Origin: an uncultured Pseudomonadota bacterium
GTDB lineage: Bacteria > Pseudomonadota > Gammaproteobacteria > Burkholderiales > Gallionellaceae
Length of the DNA: 64,000 bases
Assembly (NCBI GenBank): GCA_963718345.1
Contig: CAVQZH010000012.1
Span: 23,406-87,405, forward strand
Direction: 5' to 3'
Below, one piece after another: positions 20,482 to 30,756 of the stretch (within the stretch, counting starts at the first letter, position 1; each line of letters opens with the position of its first letter). The position numbers were made by a program, and so were the translations under genes. The notes under the pieces were generated by a model that was not told the DNA's origin, ran no database searches, and saw nothing but the letters and a program-made list of their open reading frames with translations.

Positions 20482-21441
20482 TCATGAAATTCCAGTACCG
20501 GGCCAGGTGTTCGGATCGCTTTGCCGTTCAAGAGACGTGCGATTCCATTTGCCCAAATCGGCTGCCGCCTCATACGTTGTCTGCAGGAAATTGAGTAGCA
20601 TCGCGTCCGGAAGTTCCGCTTGTCGCACAGTCTCATACGGCAAGATGAACTCGCGAAAATCGGTGCTGTAAAAAGCCGCTTCGGGCTTGACCAATGCTCC
20701 GGCGTAACCTGCTGGTTCGGGATAGGCGTAGGAATAGAATGCTGGATAGGGGATTGCGCCTCCGCCCGGCCAGAAGCCGCAACTGCTGACTTCGTGCGAG
20801 TAAGCTTCACGTGTCACCCAATCCGGCAGACCCGGAACGCCCCCCGGATGTTGTGGTGCGAGTCGACCTGAAAACCGGGTGACGGCCAGATCCGCTGCGC
20901 CCCAAAAAAAGTGCACCGGGCTGCACTTGCCAATGAAGCGCGCGCGAAACTGTTTGAAGACTCGATCTGCTTGTACCAGAACTTGCCAGAACCGGGTGAC
21001 ATACTCGGCGTCGTAAGCACAATGCGTTTCGTCTTGTTCGAAGGGAATCGGATCGGCGACTTCGCTGGGTTTCGCATGCAGTTTCACATGAAGCTCCAGC
21101 CTGTCCATTTCCGCCATTAGACGTCTATAGAATGCAGCGACCGATTGCGCCTGCAGCAAGAAGCCGCCTGCGTCCGCGTCGCCAGTTTGTATGACCAGCA
21201 TATGCGAAATGAAATCGAAATCGATCTGGAACGTTCGGGTCCCATAGGGGATAGGGCTCGTGGTAAGACCTCTGGCAGTCACATACAGCGTCGTATGCCA
21301 GGAATGATTGATCCAGGGACTTTGAACCAGTCGTATTTTGCCTACGATCTGAGTCCACAAGTGCAATGTCGCAAAGGTTTCGTTCCATGCCTCAAGCGGC
21401 AGACCGGGCCAGGTTTCGCGGAAAACTGTCGAAGTATCCAT
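20482..21441 (-). CDS. DUF5996 family protein
   Basis: WPGLPLxxWxETxxTLHLWTQIVGKIRL, FIGKCSPVHFFWG, EAYSHEVSSCGFWPG. Confidence 0.8.
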   Translation of the reverse strand: MDTSTVFRETWPGLPLEAWNETFATLHLWTQIVGKIRLVQSPWINHSWHTTLYVTARGLTTSPIPYGTRTFQIDFDFISHMLVIQTGDADAGGFLLQAQSVAAFYRRLMAEMDRLELHVKLHAKPSEVADPIPFEQDETHCAYDAEYVTRFWQVLVQADRVFKQFRARFIGKCSPVHFFWGAADLAVTRFSGRLAPQHPGGVPGLPDWVTREAYSHEVSSCGFWPGGGAIPYPAFYSYAYPEPAGYAGALVKPEAAFYSTDFREFILPYETVRQAELPDAMLLNFLQTTYEAAADLGKWNRTSLERQSDPNTWPGTGIS

Positions 21442-21539
21442 GATTTCTCCTATCAAATTCGAGACAACATTCAACTGCAATTTCTACGCTGGTCTGGCTA
21501 TTGCACGCCTTTCGTATTACAAATTTTGTAGTCTGCTTA

Positions 21540-23411
21540 TCATCCTAATCTGGTAGCAGGTGTCTTCGCGCTCCATAGCACCGCCACCCCGATCACGGAG
21601 GAGATCACGGAAGCAGAAAATATCGCGATCTTGGCTACGGCAAAATCGCCGGGGCCGGGAAAAACCTGTCCGGCGATGAAAAGAGACATGGTGAATCCGA
21701 TACCGGCGAGTGCACCCGCGCCGCAGAGTTGCCGCCATGTATAGGTCTCGGGCTTATGCGCGAAGCCAAGTCTGACGGCCAGTGCGGACGCGAGAATGAA
21801 CCCAAGCGGCTTGCCGATGACAAGACCGGCCATGATTGCCAATACGAGCATGCCGTGATGGCTGAAAACATTCGTGCCGATCGCGACGCCCCCATTCGCC
21901 AAGGCAAAGATAGGCAATACCACATAGCTGGACCGCGGAGCGACATTACGCAGCATGTGGTCCGCCGGTGATTCCAGGCGATTATGGATGGCATCCAACG
22001 CCGCAAGTGCTGGTGTTGATGGACCGCGGAAATGCTCTCTGCCGTGTTGCGCTTCCGCAGTCAGGATCGCGTTGGCTTGAAACGCCAGGGTCTTGAAATC
22101 GGGTGGCGGGCGCGTCGGGATGAGCGCAGCCAGTACGATGCCGGCCAGCGTGGCGTGCAGTCCACTGGCATAAACGCACACCCAAAGTGCAACCCCGACC
22201 AGGATATAAGGCGACACGCGGTATATGCCGGCGCGATTCAGCAGCGCCAACAAGACTGTTATTACCGCTGCTGCCGTGAGGTATCCGTAATGCACCTTTC
22301 CGGAATAGAAGATCGCTCCGACAATAATCGAACCGATATCGTCGACGATGGCCGCAGCGGTCAGGAAGATACGCAGATCCACCGGCACGCGCGAGCCCAT
22401 CATTGCGATCAACGCAACCGCAAAGGCGGTATCGGTCGCCATCGGTACGCCCCACCCGGCTGACCACGACCCGTGCGGGATAATCATCAAATATAGCAAA
22501 GCGGGAATTACCATGCCGCCAAGCGCCGCTGCAATCGGCAACACTGCCGTACGCCGACTGGCCAAATGGCCCACCGTGAATTCGCGTTTGATCTCCAGCC
22601 CCACGACCAGGAAGAAGATCGTCAGCAATCCGTCGTTCACCCACTGCAACAACGACATCTGGAATACCCAACGGCCGAAAGCCAAACCGATTTCGGATTC
22701 CCAGACGGCGGAAAAGGCGTCGCCGTACCCGGAATTGGCAAGCGCGACAGCCAGTAAGGTAGCCAGCAGCAGCGACACACCGGCGGAAGGAGCCCAGCTC
22801 GCGAAGCTTAACGCCGCCGTGCGTACGCGATGCCCCAGTGAACCGAGCATCGCATCCGTGAAAGAACTTTCATCCCAGGCCCCGTCATAACGGCGCCCGT
22901 TGATAAAAAACGTCGGCGTGAATTGCACACCGCTGGCACGCGCACTTTCAATATCGTGATCCACTCGCCGTCGCGCACGTTCCCTTGTTGCCCGTGCCAG
23001 TTCAGCTTCCATCTGCGCCAGACCGAGCATCTCGCCGACGGCATTCAAATCGTCTGTGGTCAATTTGTTCGAACGCGTCATCAACGCGACGTGCGCATCC
23101 CAGAACAACGCATGACTTGCGGCGGATTCCGCCAGTTCTGCCGCAGGACGCGCAATCTCGCTGCCAATCAGGGGCCGCTGGCGAAATACATAACGCAGCC
23201 GTTCGCCCAGCTGGCTGCGCACTTCGGTGATGCGCTCGTTGGCTGCGCGGCAATGCGGGCAATCGTAACTGCCATACTCCACCAAAGTGATCGGTGCATT
23301 CGCCGGTCCGAGAACATGATCCGATACATCGTCAACAGGACGATCCAGACGATTGGTGGCAGCCGCCAGGGATGGAGCCTCGATAACCGGATCTTCGGTC
23401 TGCCTCGACAT
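21540..23411 (-). CDS. nhaA: Na+/H+ antiporter NhaA with N-terminal DsbA/thioredoxin domain
   Basis: N-terminal EYGSYDCPHC...TPTFFING; NhaA motifs NDGLLTIFF, GLEIKRE, ATDTAF, AIVDD, GKPLG, GIGFTMSLFI. Confidence 0.9.
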   Translation of the reverse strand: MSRQTEDPVIEAPSLAAATNRLDRPVDDVSDHVLGPANAPITLVEYGSYDCPHCRAANERITEVRSQLGERLRYVFRQRPLIGSEIARPAAELAESAASHALFWDAHVALMTRSNKLTTDDLNAVGEMLGLAQMEAELARATRERARRRVDHDIESARASGVQFTPTFFINGRRYDGAWDESSFTDAMLGSLGHRVRTAALSFASWAPSAGVSLLLATLLAVALANSGYGDAFSAVWESEIGLAFGRWVFQMSLLQWVNDGLLTIFFLVVGLEIKREFTVGHLASRRTAVLPIAAALGGMVIPALLYLMIIPHGSWSAGWGVPMATDTAFAVALIAMMGSRVPVDLRIFLTAAAIVDDIGSIIVGAIFYSGKVHYGYLTAAAVITVLLALLNRAGIYRVSPYILVGVALWVCVYASGLHATLAGIVLAALIPTRPPPDFKTLAFQANAILTAEAQHGREHFRGPSTPALAALDAIHNRLESPADHMLRNVAPRSSYVVLPIFALANGGVAIGTNVFSHHGMLVLAIMAGLVIGKPLGFILASALAVRLGFAHKPETYTWRQLCGAGALAGIGFTMSLFIAGQVFPGPGDFAVAKIAIFSASVISSVIGVAVLWSAKTPATRLG

Positions 23412-23534
23412 TCTTTATCCTCTACATTTTGGGAACACGCCCTGACATGGAACACGCAGGACGTTGGCATCGTTATATTCGACCACTCGGTCGTCGCTAA
23501 ATGCAGACTGCTTGATTCCTTAACACGGGCGAAT

Positions 23535-23807
23535 TCAATAACCGGCGGTGGCTTCGTCCGGGTAACAATAAAGCCAGCGCTCCCCTGGTTCTGCCGACGC
23601 GATCACGGGATGACCGCTGGCCTGCGCGTGCCGGGTAGCGTGGCGATTGGGAGAGCTGTCACAACACAGGGTAGTGCCGCAGGTCTGGCAGGTGCGCAAA
23701 TGTACCCAGCTGTCGCCGGTTTTTATGCACTCCTCGCACACGTGACGTCTCGCCTGTTTGACCGACGTCAAGGCATTGATATGGCTGCAGGATGAAGCAG
23801 ATGTCAT
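23535..23807 (-). CDS. UBP-type zinc-finger protein
   Basis: CSH...CEEC...WVHLRTCQTCG..CCDSSPNRHATRH...EPGERWLYCY. Confidence 0.88.
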   Translation of the reverse strand: MTSASSCSHINALTSVKQARRHVCEECIKTGDSWVHLRTCQTCGTTLCCDSSPNRHATRHAQASGHPVIASAEPGERWLYCYPDEATAGY

Positions 23808-24273
23808 GGTGCCTCCATTGCATGTGGAGAGCCCGGCGCGCGAAGAAAACTGGTCTCGACCACTTCGCACCCGTGATTTTCAGATTAAAGCGACCGGGAA
23901 ACCCTGTCAAGAAAAGCGGGGCTTGATCACACACTCGCAATAGGTGATTTCAAATCCAATATTTGACGATGCGTAAACTTCGAAGACTAAAATCTGAAAA
24001 GCGAATGAAGTCAACTGGCGGACTTCATGAGGCAAATGCACCAGGCAGATGTTAAGTAATTCTACATATATCAATGGAAATCGAGGTGGCGTAGCCTTTG
24101 ATCGGAGTAGGATGTTTACCTGTTTTCGATGAATGGCATGTTGACTGGTATTGCATCACGGAATATTTCGTGTCTCTGTCGAACTGTCGCTACAACTCAA
24201 CCGCGCCTTCACCGAGTGCCCGGATTTGACGATCAAATCTTGTGGCGGTGAAAAAAATCAGGAGGAAGAGTCC

Positions 24274-24711
24274 GTGCCTGAAGCAAATATCGAGGAAGCG
24301 CTTTTTGCCGGGCTACGGCAGTTGGCAGACTCGGCATTTCCGAAACGTTGCGCGCATTGCGGCCGGGTATATCGAAACTCCGACGAGTTCCTCACTGCAA
24401 CGCAGCCTGTACGTCCCGATTGCAGCGGGTTAAAGCAAAGCCGGGACGACGACGATCAAATGATCGTGGACTTGTTCAGAAATTGCGTCTGCGGTTCGAC
24501 CTTATTGGAGAGCTTCCACAACCGGCGCAATCTGAGCAAAGACGGGATCATGCGCCGCATGCTATTCCAGGAAATGGTGGGGAAAATAGCAGCGATGGGA
24601 TACCCGGCAGAGACGGCACGAGACGAGCTGCTCAAATTCATGCGCGGACAACCAAATGAACTGTTGAGTTTAACCGTGGGAAAAATATCCGGCTCTGTGC
24701 AGCAGGGATAA
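24274..24711 (+). CDS. Conserved hypothetical protein with CxxC/CxC metal-binding motif
   Basis: GTG start after GGAGGAAGAG; FPKRCAHCGRVY ... LFRNCVCGSTL. Confidence 0.7.
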   Translation: MPEANIEEALFAGLRQLADSAFPKRCAHCGRVYRNSDEFLTATQPVRPDCSGLKQSRDDDDQMIVDLFRNCVCGSTLLESFHNRRNLSKDGIMRRMLFQEMVGKIAAMGYPAETARDELLKFMRGQPNELLSLTVGKISGSVQQG

Positions 24712-24911
24712 ACTGTAGCGATTTAAACGCTATCTGACAGGTATCGTCTACTCCTCGGCCTTTGCGGACTCTGGAGATCGCTGACAATGATGTTGTTTTA
24801 GTCTGTGGGAGCGTCCGCTCTGAATTCTTCGTACCTACACTTTCGCGACATTCTGACCTCTCCAAGCAGACAACAATTACCATAGGCATTCATATTAGCT
24901 GGGAACGTACG

Positions 24912-25646
24912 TCACGCTAGACGTGATGCTATAAACGTCAACAATGCACCGAGGCATGTAAGCGCAATGAGCAACAAGGTGATGGATGGCCTATTCTGAG
25001 AATGCGCCTCAGGCAAAATGTCGGCCGCACCAATATATAAAAGGAAACCCGCGAAGAATCCCAAATAGAGCATCAGAACAAACGGCGGCACATGAAAGAA
25101 TACGGTAGAAACCGCGCCCAAAACGGGGGCGATTGCATCCATCAACAGCATTGCTATGGAACGACGGGTGGTATTGCCGTTGACTAGCATCAAGCTAACT
25201 GTGTTGAGTCCGTCACAAAAGTCATGCGAAATCACGGCAATCGCCACAAGACTGCCAACAGATGCAGAGACCTGAAATCCAAGACCAATCCCGACGCCAT
25301 CCATGAAGCTGTGCCCGGACAGGGAAAGCGCCGAGAGAATGCCAATGTCGGGATGGCGGTGAGTGGCGTAGTCTGCTTCGTGGACGTGATGGATCAGCAA
25401 GAATTTTTCCAGGCTGTGGAAAACTAGAAAACCTAGCACCAGCGCAACCATAGCCCAGGTTGGATCACGTTCTTGCTCGTGGGCCAGCCTGAAGATTTCA
25501 GGCAGAATTTCAAAACTGACAACCCCCAGAATCACTCCTGCGGTAAAACTGAGGACAAAGTGCAGACGGTCGCGAAACCGGAGCGCAAACAGTCCGCCGA
25601 TACAAGTCGAGCAGAACGTTCCGATCGAAAATAAGATAGCACTCAT
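24912..25646 (-). CDS. ZIP-family divalent metal transporter
   Basis: About 8 TM helices; His-rich loop HHVHEADYATHRH; HSFMDG and HDFCDG metal motifs; LPEAH. Confidence 0.88.
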   Translation of the reverse strand: MSAILFSIGTFCSTCIGGLFALRFRDRLHFVLSFTAGVILGVVSFEILPEIFRLAHEQERDPTWAMVALVLGFLVFHSLEKFLLIHHVHEADYATHRHPDIGILSALSLSGHSFMDGVGIGLGFQVSASVGSLVAIAVISHDFCDGLNTVSLMLVNGNTTRRSIAMLLMDAIAPVLGAVSTVFFHVPPFVLMLYLGFFAGFLLYIGAADILPEAHSQNRPSITLLLIALTCLGALLTFIASRLA

Positions 25647-25741
25647 GGGTCTGCAAAGTATCAGTTCGACGACATGACCACAACTTCCGGAGTGAGGTGT
25701 TTATTGCGGCTATTCGCAATAGCCTCCAGCATGGTTCAGCG

Positions 25742-26383
25742 TTAATTTACATGCACACGAACAACCACATCCTCTGTTGATGCAACAGGCTTTCCATCGG
25801 CAATTGCCGGAGTGAATTTCCAGAATTTCAGTTTTTCCAATAACAACCGGTTAAGGCGTGGATTTTGCGTCGGTTTGATCAGTTCTACCGTAACGCTGCC
25901 ATCGGCGGCAATGTGAAAGCGCGCCTTGGCCACTTCATTCAACGCCTCCTCCCTCAAATCATCCGGAATATCCGGAATCGGCTGCGCGATTGCCTGTGCG
26001 CTTCGATTCTGGTCCGGTACAACAACATTGCGAGTCGCCGCAGGAGGTGCAACAGGTGCGGCTGGTGGCGCTGTCGGAGCGACGGGTGCCGGATTCTCGC
26101 TCGGTTGCTCCTGCTTGAGCGGGAGAGTCGGCTGAATTTGTTTAGGTGCCGGTGCCTTCTGACGAGTTGGGGCCTGCGGGATGGCAGGAGCAGGAAGTTC
26201 GATCAACTGCGCATCAACGGGAACGGGATCAGGCGTTCGACTGACCGAGTGCTGCATGGAGTAGACAAATAAAATGGATGTGATCGTGCAGATCAGCAAA
26301 GAGGTGGGCAGCGTCCAATACAGCCTTCTCCAGGGAGAATCGACATCCTGCTGTTCAAACCAAGTCGGGGTGTCAGTCGACAT
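25742..26383 (-). CDS. tonB: Energy transducer TonB
   Basis: N-terminal TM helix, Pro-rich linker, TonB C-terminal domain (WKFTPAIADGKPV). Confidence 0.85.
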   Translation of the reverse strand: MSTDTPTWFEQQDVDSPWRRLYWTLPTSLLICTITSILFVYSMQHSVSRTPDPVPVDAQLIELPAPAIPQAPTRQKAPAPKQIQPTLPLKQEQPSENPAPVAPTAPPAAPVAPPAATRNVVVPDQNRSAQAIAQPIPDIPDDLREEALNEVAKARFHIAADGSVTVELIKPTQNPRLNRLLLEKLKFWKFTPAIADGKPVASTEDVVVRVHVN

Positions 26384-26777
26384 GTTTGACTGCGATCAGA
26401 AAGTGTTGCGCGCCGGCTTCGCGTGCCTTGAGCATCGCCTGCACCGTGATGCCATTGGGGGCACTGCTGTCCGCGGCCACAATGATGCTGGCCTCGGTGT
26501 TCGCAAGCATCGGCTTTAGGGTTGACGCCAGGTTGTTCAAATCCACCGGCGTCTTGTCCAGAAAAATATGGCTATCGGGTGTAATGGTCAACGTCACGGG
26601 CGTCTTCGCCTGAATCGGCGAAGCATGTCCTTGGGGGAGATTGACCGGCAGGGAATGCAGATTTTGCATCGATAAAGATGCCAGCATGAAGGTCGCCAAC
26701 AAGAAGAACATGACATCGATCATCGGTATGATCTCGATACGGCCGCGCTTGTAGGTGCGAGATTTGCGGATTTTCAT
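26373..26777 (-). CDS. exbD: Biopolymer transport protein ExbD
   Basis: IEIIPMIDVMFFLLATFML, VNLP. Confidence 0.92.
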   Translation of the reverse strand: MKIRKSRTYKRGRIEIIPMIDVMFFLLATFMLASLSMQNLHSLPVNLPQGHASPIQAKTPVTLTITPDSHIFLDKTPVDLNNLASTLKPMLANTEASIIVAADSSAPNGITVQAMLKAREAGAQHFLIAVKHVD

Positions 26778-27418
26778 TTTGCGGCCTCAAGCTCATGTTG
26801 GCTCAGCCTGATGTTGTCTATCATGCGTGTGCCAATCCGCTCCATTTCTTCTAGCACCTGAACCTGGCGCTTGGATAGAAAGTTGAAGCCGAACAGCGCG
26901 AAGATGGCGATGAAAATGCCGAATGCAGTAGCAATCAGCGCCTGTGCCACTCCGCCGGTAACGCCCGTAGGATCGACCAAACCGGTCCCGCCGATCAGAT
27001 TGAAGGAATGCATCATGCCGGTTATGGTTCCCAGCAGCCCCAGCAGGGGCGCGCCGGTGACAATGGTTTCCAGGACCCATAGTCCCCGCCCCATGCCCTT
27101 TTCGATGAGCTGCGCTTCGTCGCCGGCACGCGATTCCAGCCACCAGATCGGCTTGTCGCGGTTGTCGATAATGATCCGGGAAAACCTGGCGTAATAATTT
27201 CCAGGCACCAAGGTGGCAAGCTCCTGCTCCAGTTTCTCCCACGTGAATCCGTAGGTTTCAATCAGGTTGAACAACGACGAGGGAAGTCTGACGTAGCGCC
27301 AATGCAGATAGAATTTATCGATCATGATCACGAGTGCCAGTATGGCCAACGCGATCAGGGGATAGATGATGACGCCGCCGAATTTGATGGCCTGGAGTGC
27401 TTCTGCTATTTCTTGCAT
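26774..27418 (-). CDS. exbB: ExbB/TolQ proton channel
   Basis: LETIVTGAPLLGLLGTITGM, GGVAQALIATAFG. Confidence 0.92.
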   Translation of the reverse strand: MQEIAEALQAIKFGGVIIYPLIALAILALVIMIDKFYLHWRYVRLPSSLFNLIETYGFTWEKLEQELATLVPGNYYARFSRIIIDNRDKPIWWLESRAGDEAQLIEKGMGRGLWVLETIVTGAPLLGLLGTITGMMHSFNLIGGTGLVDPTGVTGGVAQALIATAFGIFIAIFALFGFNFLSKRQVQVLEEMERIGTRMIDNIRLSQHELEAAK

Positions 27419-27471
27419 GATGGATTCCTTTGACGGGTCATGTCTTGCATAACCCGTGCTTGATTGAAAAA

Positions 27472-29873
27472 TTAGAACTGTTTGGATACGCCCATGAACA
27501 GGCCGCGCCGCGGGCCGTACTGCGGAGCAAACACCCCTATGCCGGAACCGTCGCGGACCAGGTAAACCCGATCCAGCACGTTGGTCATCGCAATGCGTAT
27601 TTCGCTAGCGCCCAGTACGCCCGAGATTCAATTTTCGGCTGGCGCCGAGATTGAGCACAGTGTAGGAAGGCAGGCTGGTGGTGTTGGCAAAACCGTTGCG
27701 TAATCCGCTCTGAAAGATCAGATCGCCGTTAAAGCGCGTGCCTGACCAAAGATAGGAGGCGCCGGTCGAAATTGACAAAGCCTGTTGATGGTCGACGCTC
27801 ACCCAGTTATTGGCCGCATAGTCGAGCGTGGCCTGATCGAACAGGTACTGGCTGGAGATGATGTTCTTCGCGAGGCTCTCGGTTCGGGCCAGATTGGCGT
27901 AGCCGGACAAATCGTCGGACTTGTAGTTGCTGGTCAACTCGACGCCGTAAATCTTTCCTTGCTCATAGTTGTATGGCGTCAGGATCACGCGCGGGACCAA
28001 ACTGCCCTTCATCAATGACATTCCGGGTTTGCTTGTAGAATGTATCGAGTCCCAGACTGACAGTCTGCGTCAGCTGATGAATGACCCCGGCATCCAGATA
28101 GTTCGAACGCTCTGACTTGACGGGTGAATTTGCTCCAGACGCAGCATTGGTGGTGTTCTGAAACAATGCCTGGGTGGTCGAGGACACCAGTTCGGTTGGA
28201 GGCGGCGTGAAGTAGCGCGCATAGCCGGTGTGCCAGGTGGTTTGATCGCTGGACTTGTACACTACGCCGAGTCTCGGACTGAACTGATGCTCATTCACGA
28301 AGGCGTTGACCTGGTCGAAGCGTGCACCGTAGTTCACCGTCAGCTTGCTGGTCGCTTTCCATTCGTCCTGCAGATAGCCCCCCACCAGCGTGTTGCCGTT
28401 CTTGGAAGTATTGTCGGCGATATTGAAGGCAGGTCCGGAAACCAGGCCGGTCGATGGGTTGACCGGAAATACCGTAGAGGAATTATTGCTTTCGACATTC
28501 TCGCTGCTGGCGAACACGCCCATACGCAGCGTATGTTCGTCGTTCAGCCGATTGCTGCCATCTGCCTGAACACCCGTACTGGAACTACTGCGAAAGACAT
28601 TGGACGCTACGCCGTTGAACACCAGGTTCCCCGTTGTATCTGCCATGTAATTGACGCTGGAGTAACGAGTAAACAGGGCAACCTGGTAATCGATGCTGTC
28701 GTTCAACGAACTTTGCAACGCGGTCACCGCAAATCGATTCACTTCGCGCTGCTGGTCGTTTACCGACGCAGAGTTGTAGCCGGAAATGCCCAGTTGCGGA
28801 AGTATGCCGAGATTGTTCGGGTCTGGTGATTGTCCGGGATTATTCGGGATCTGGAATTTCCCGTCATAGCTGCCAAACATGAAACTCAGCTTGGTATCCG
28901 GATTCACCAGATAGGACAAGTAGGCGAATCCTTTTTCCTGTTTGGTTGTGTCATGGATTGGGTTCTTGCTTGAGGTCGGATTTTCGATACCGACGTTGTC
29001 TGTCAGGTACGATCCATTGACGAAATAGGAAAGGTTGCCGTTTGTGTTTCCATATTCAATGCTCGGGTTGTATGTCTGGTTGCTACCGCCGTAAAGATCG
29101 ATCTGACCACCACCATCAAATCTCGTCTTGGTATTGATTTCAATAACGCCCGCCGTGCGATAACCGTACTGGGCAGGCAAGGCCCCCGTCACCAAATCGA
29201 TCTTCTGGGCAAAGCGCGTGTCCAGAGACTGACCAAAACCGCTGATGCCTTCCGGCAGAATCACGCCGTTGATTCGGTACTGGGTGTTGCCATGATCGCC
29301 CCGCACGTGCAACTGACCGAACGAGTCATTGGCAACGCCGGGCGCTTGAAGCAATACCTGATTGAGGGAAGTATTTTCTCCTTGCGGCAGATTCTGCACG
29401 TCAGCAGCATCGAAGTGATAGACGCTGCCCCCCGTTTTGGGCGAAAGTCCGTTGCGGGCATTCTCCAATCGGGCCACCGTGATGTTGATTTCCGGCGCTT
29501 GCGATGCAGCTAAGGTGATAGTGGTACTAACTACTCCGGCTTGAAGCGTGACGTTTGTGGTATTGAATTCATATCCGGCTTTATCCGACAAAACGACGTA
29601 AGCGCCAGGTGCAATCGCTGCAAAATTGAAATGTCCTTCTGCATCGGTGGTGGCATTAGCGACAACTTTTCCCGTATCCAGCTTGAGCGTAATGCTTACA
29701 CCTGCAATGGGCTGGCCATGGCTATTGCTGACCTGCCCCTGGATGGCATTGGTCTTGTTAGCTTCGTTTTTTTGTTCGGATTGTCCGGCAGTGGAACTCG
29801 TGTCCTGGCCGTTTGCGGCATAGACGCATAGCGGCGCAGACAGCGCCGCACACAATAGGGTGCGCTTGAGCAT
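27472..29873 (-). CDS. TonB-dependent receptor with N-terminal carboxypeptidase-regulatory-like domain; frameshifts near 27995 and 27620
   Basis: Signal peptide; plug HVRGDHG..YRING, TGALPAQYG; YLQDEW; C-terminus ...APQYGPRRGLFMGVSKQF* read in a third frame. Confidence 0.88.
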
Positions 29874-29905
29874 GGTGTTTCTCCAAAAATATATTGCGAT
29901 GAAGC

Positions 29906-29934
29906 AGTTCCTCAGCCGCAAGGGATGAGGAACT
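29906..29934. promoter_or_regulatory. Hairpin between the DUF2946 leader stop and the TBDR ribosome-binding site
   Basis: AGTTCCTCA-N11-TGAGGAACT perfect 9-bp stem. Confidence 0.5.
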
Positions 29935-29939
29935 AGCGT

Positions 29940-30260
29940 TTAGGCGAAATATTGATGGAGAGCAGGCGGGCCGCGTGCGACTGCGACCAGGAGGTGGATG
30001 GAATGTAAGTGATCGGCGAAATGCAGCTCAACTTCATTTGCTACTTGTGGCAGGGCTAAATCATATGTGCCGACGCTGAGGGCGCTGCCCAGTTGCGCGT
30101 AGGTTGCGCATTTTTCGCAGGCATTGGAATGCGGTGCCTGCTTGTCTTTCTGCGACAGTTCCTCGAATTCATGGCTCAGCGTATGCACTGCGCCGACCTG
30201 CTGTGCGAACAGCAAGGCGAAAGCTAAAGATACCGGCAGAAATAGACGCGCTAATCTCAT
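29940..30260 (-). CDS. DUF2946/CruR-like leader protein (putative metal-responsive arrest peptide)
   Basis: N-terminal hydrophobic segment, CEKC, 44-aa spacer, RGPP near the C-terminus; directly upstream of the TBDR. Confidence 0.75.
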   Translation of the reverse strand: MRLARLFLPVSLAFALLFAQQVGAVHTLSHEFEELSQKDKQAPHSNACEKCATYAQLGSALSVGTYDLALPQVANEVELHFADHLHSIHLLVAVARGPPALHQYFA

Positions 30261-30538
30261 AATCGCGAGCACCATACCAAAACGGGACATAAACAGCAAA
30301 TCATGGCTTCAAATGAAACGCTGCTTAATGTGCCATTTTGTTGTCGTCTTTCTTGTCCTGGGAGACCGAGAAGCTCTGCGACGATTCAGGCACGTCGCCG
30401 GGTTGCAACGGGCGTTCGGTTATCACCAGCTCAGATGTAACAATCTTTCCTTGCCGATAAATCTTCAGCCGAATATTTGCGCCTATGTGGATCACTTCCA
30501 ACACAACAGTCTATTGGATCACATTCTGCTTAACCCCC

Positions 30539-30662
30539 TTAATGTAAAGTTTACGTTAAGTCGACACGCACACTACTGAAGCAGAAAGGAATTTGGAATA
30601 CGACATTTTGTTGCAGGTGATTTGAGGCACTGCAAAACGTCTGCCTGCGACAATATGTCGCA
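30539..30662. promoter_or_regulatory. Operator cluster in the divergent promoter (RegA/RegR/PrrA-like boxes plus a 21-bp palindrome)
   Basis: TGCGACA-ATA-TGTCGCA 30646-30662; TACGACA-TTT-TGTTGCA 30599-30615; TTAATGTAAA-G-TTTACGTTAA 30539-30559. Confidence 0.6.
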
Positions 30663-30756
30663 CCTCCTGATACAGATGCTTACCTATAATCCCCAAGTGT
30701 TAGAGACATAACTGACCAACAACTTCTAATTAAATTTAAGGGATAGGGGATCAACC

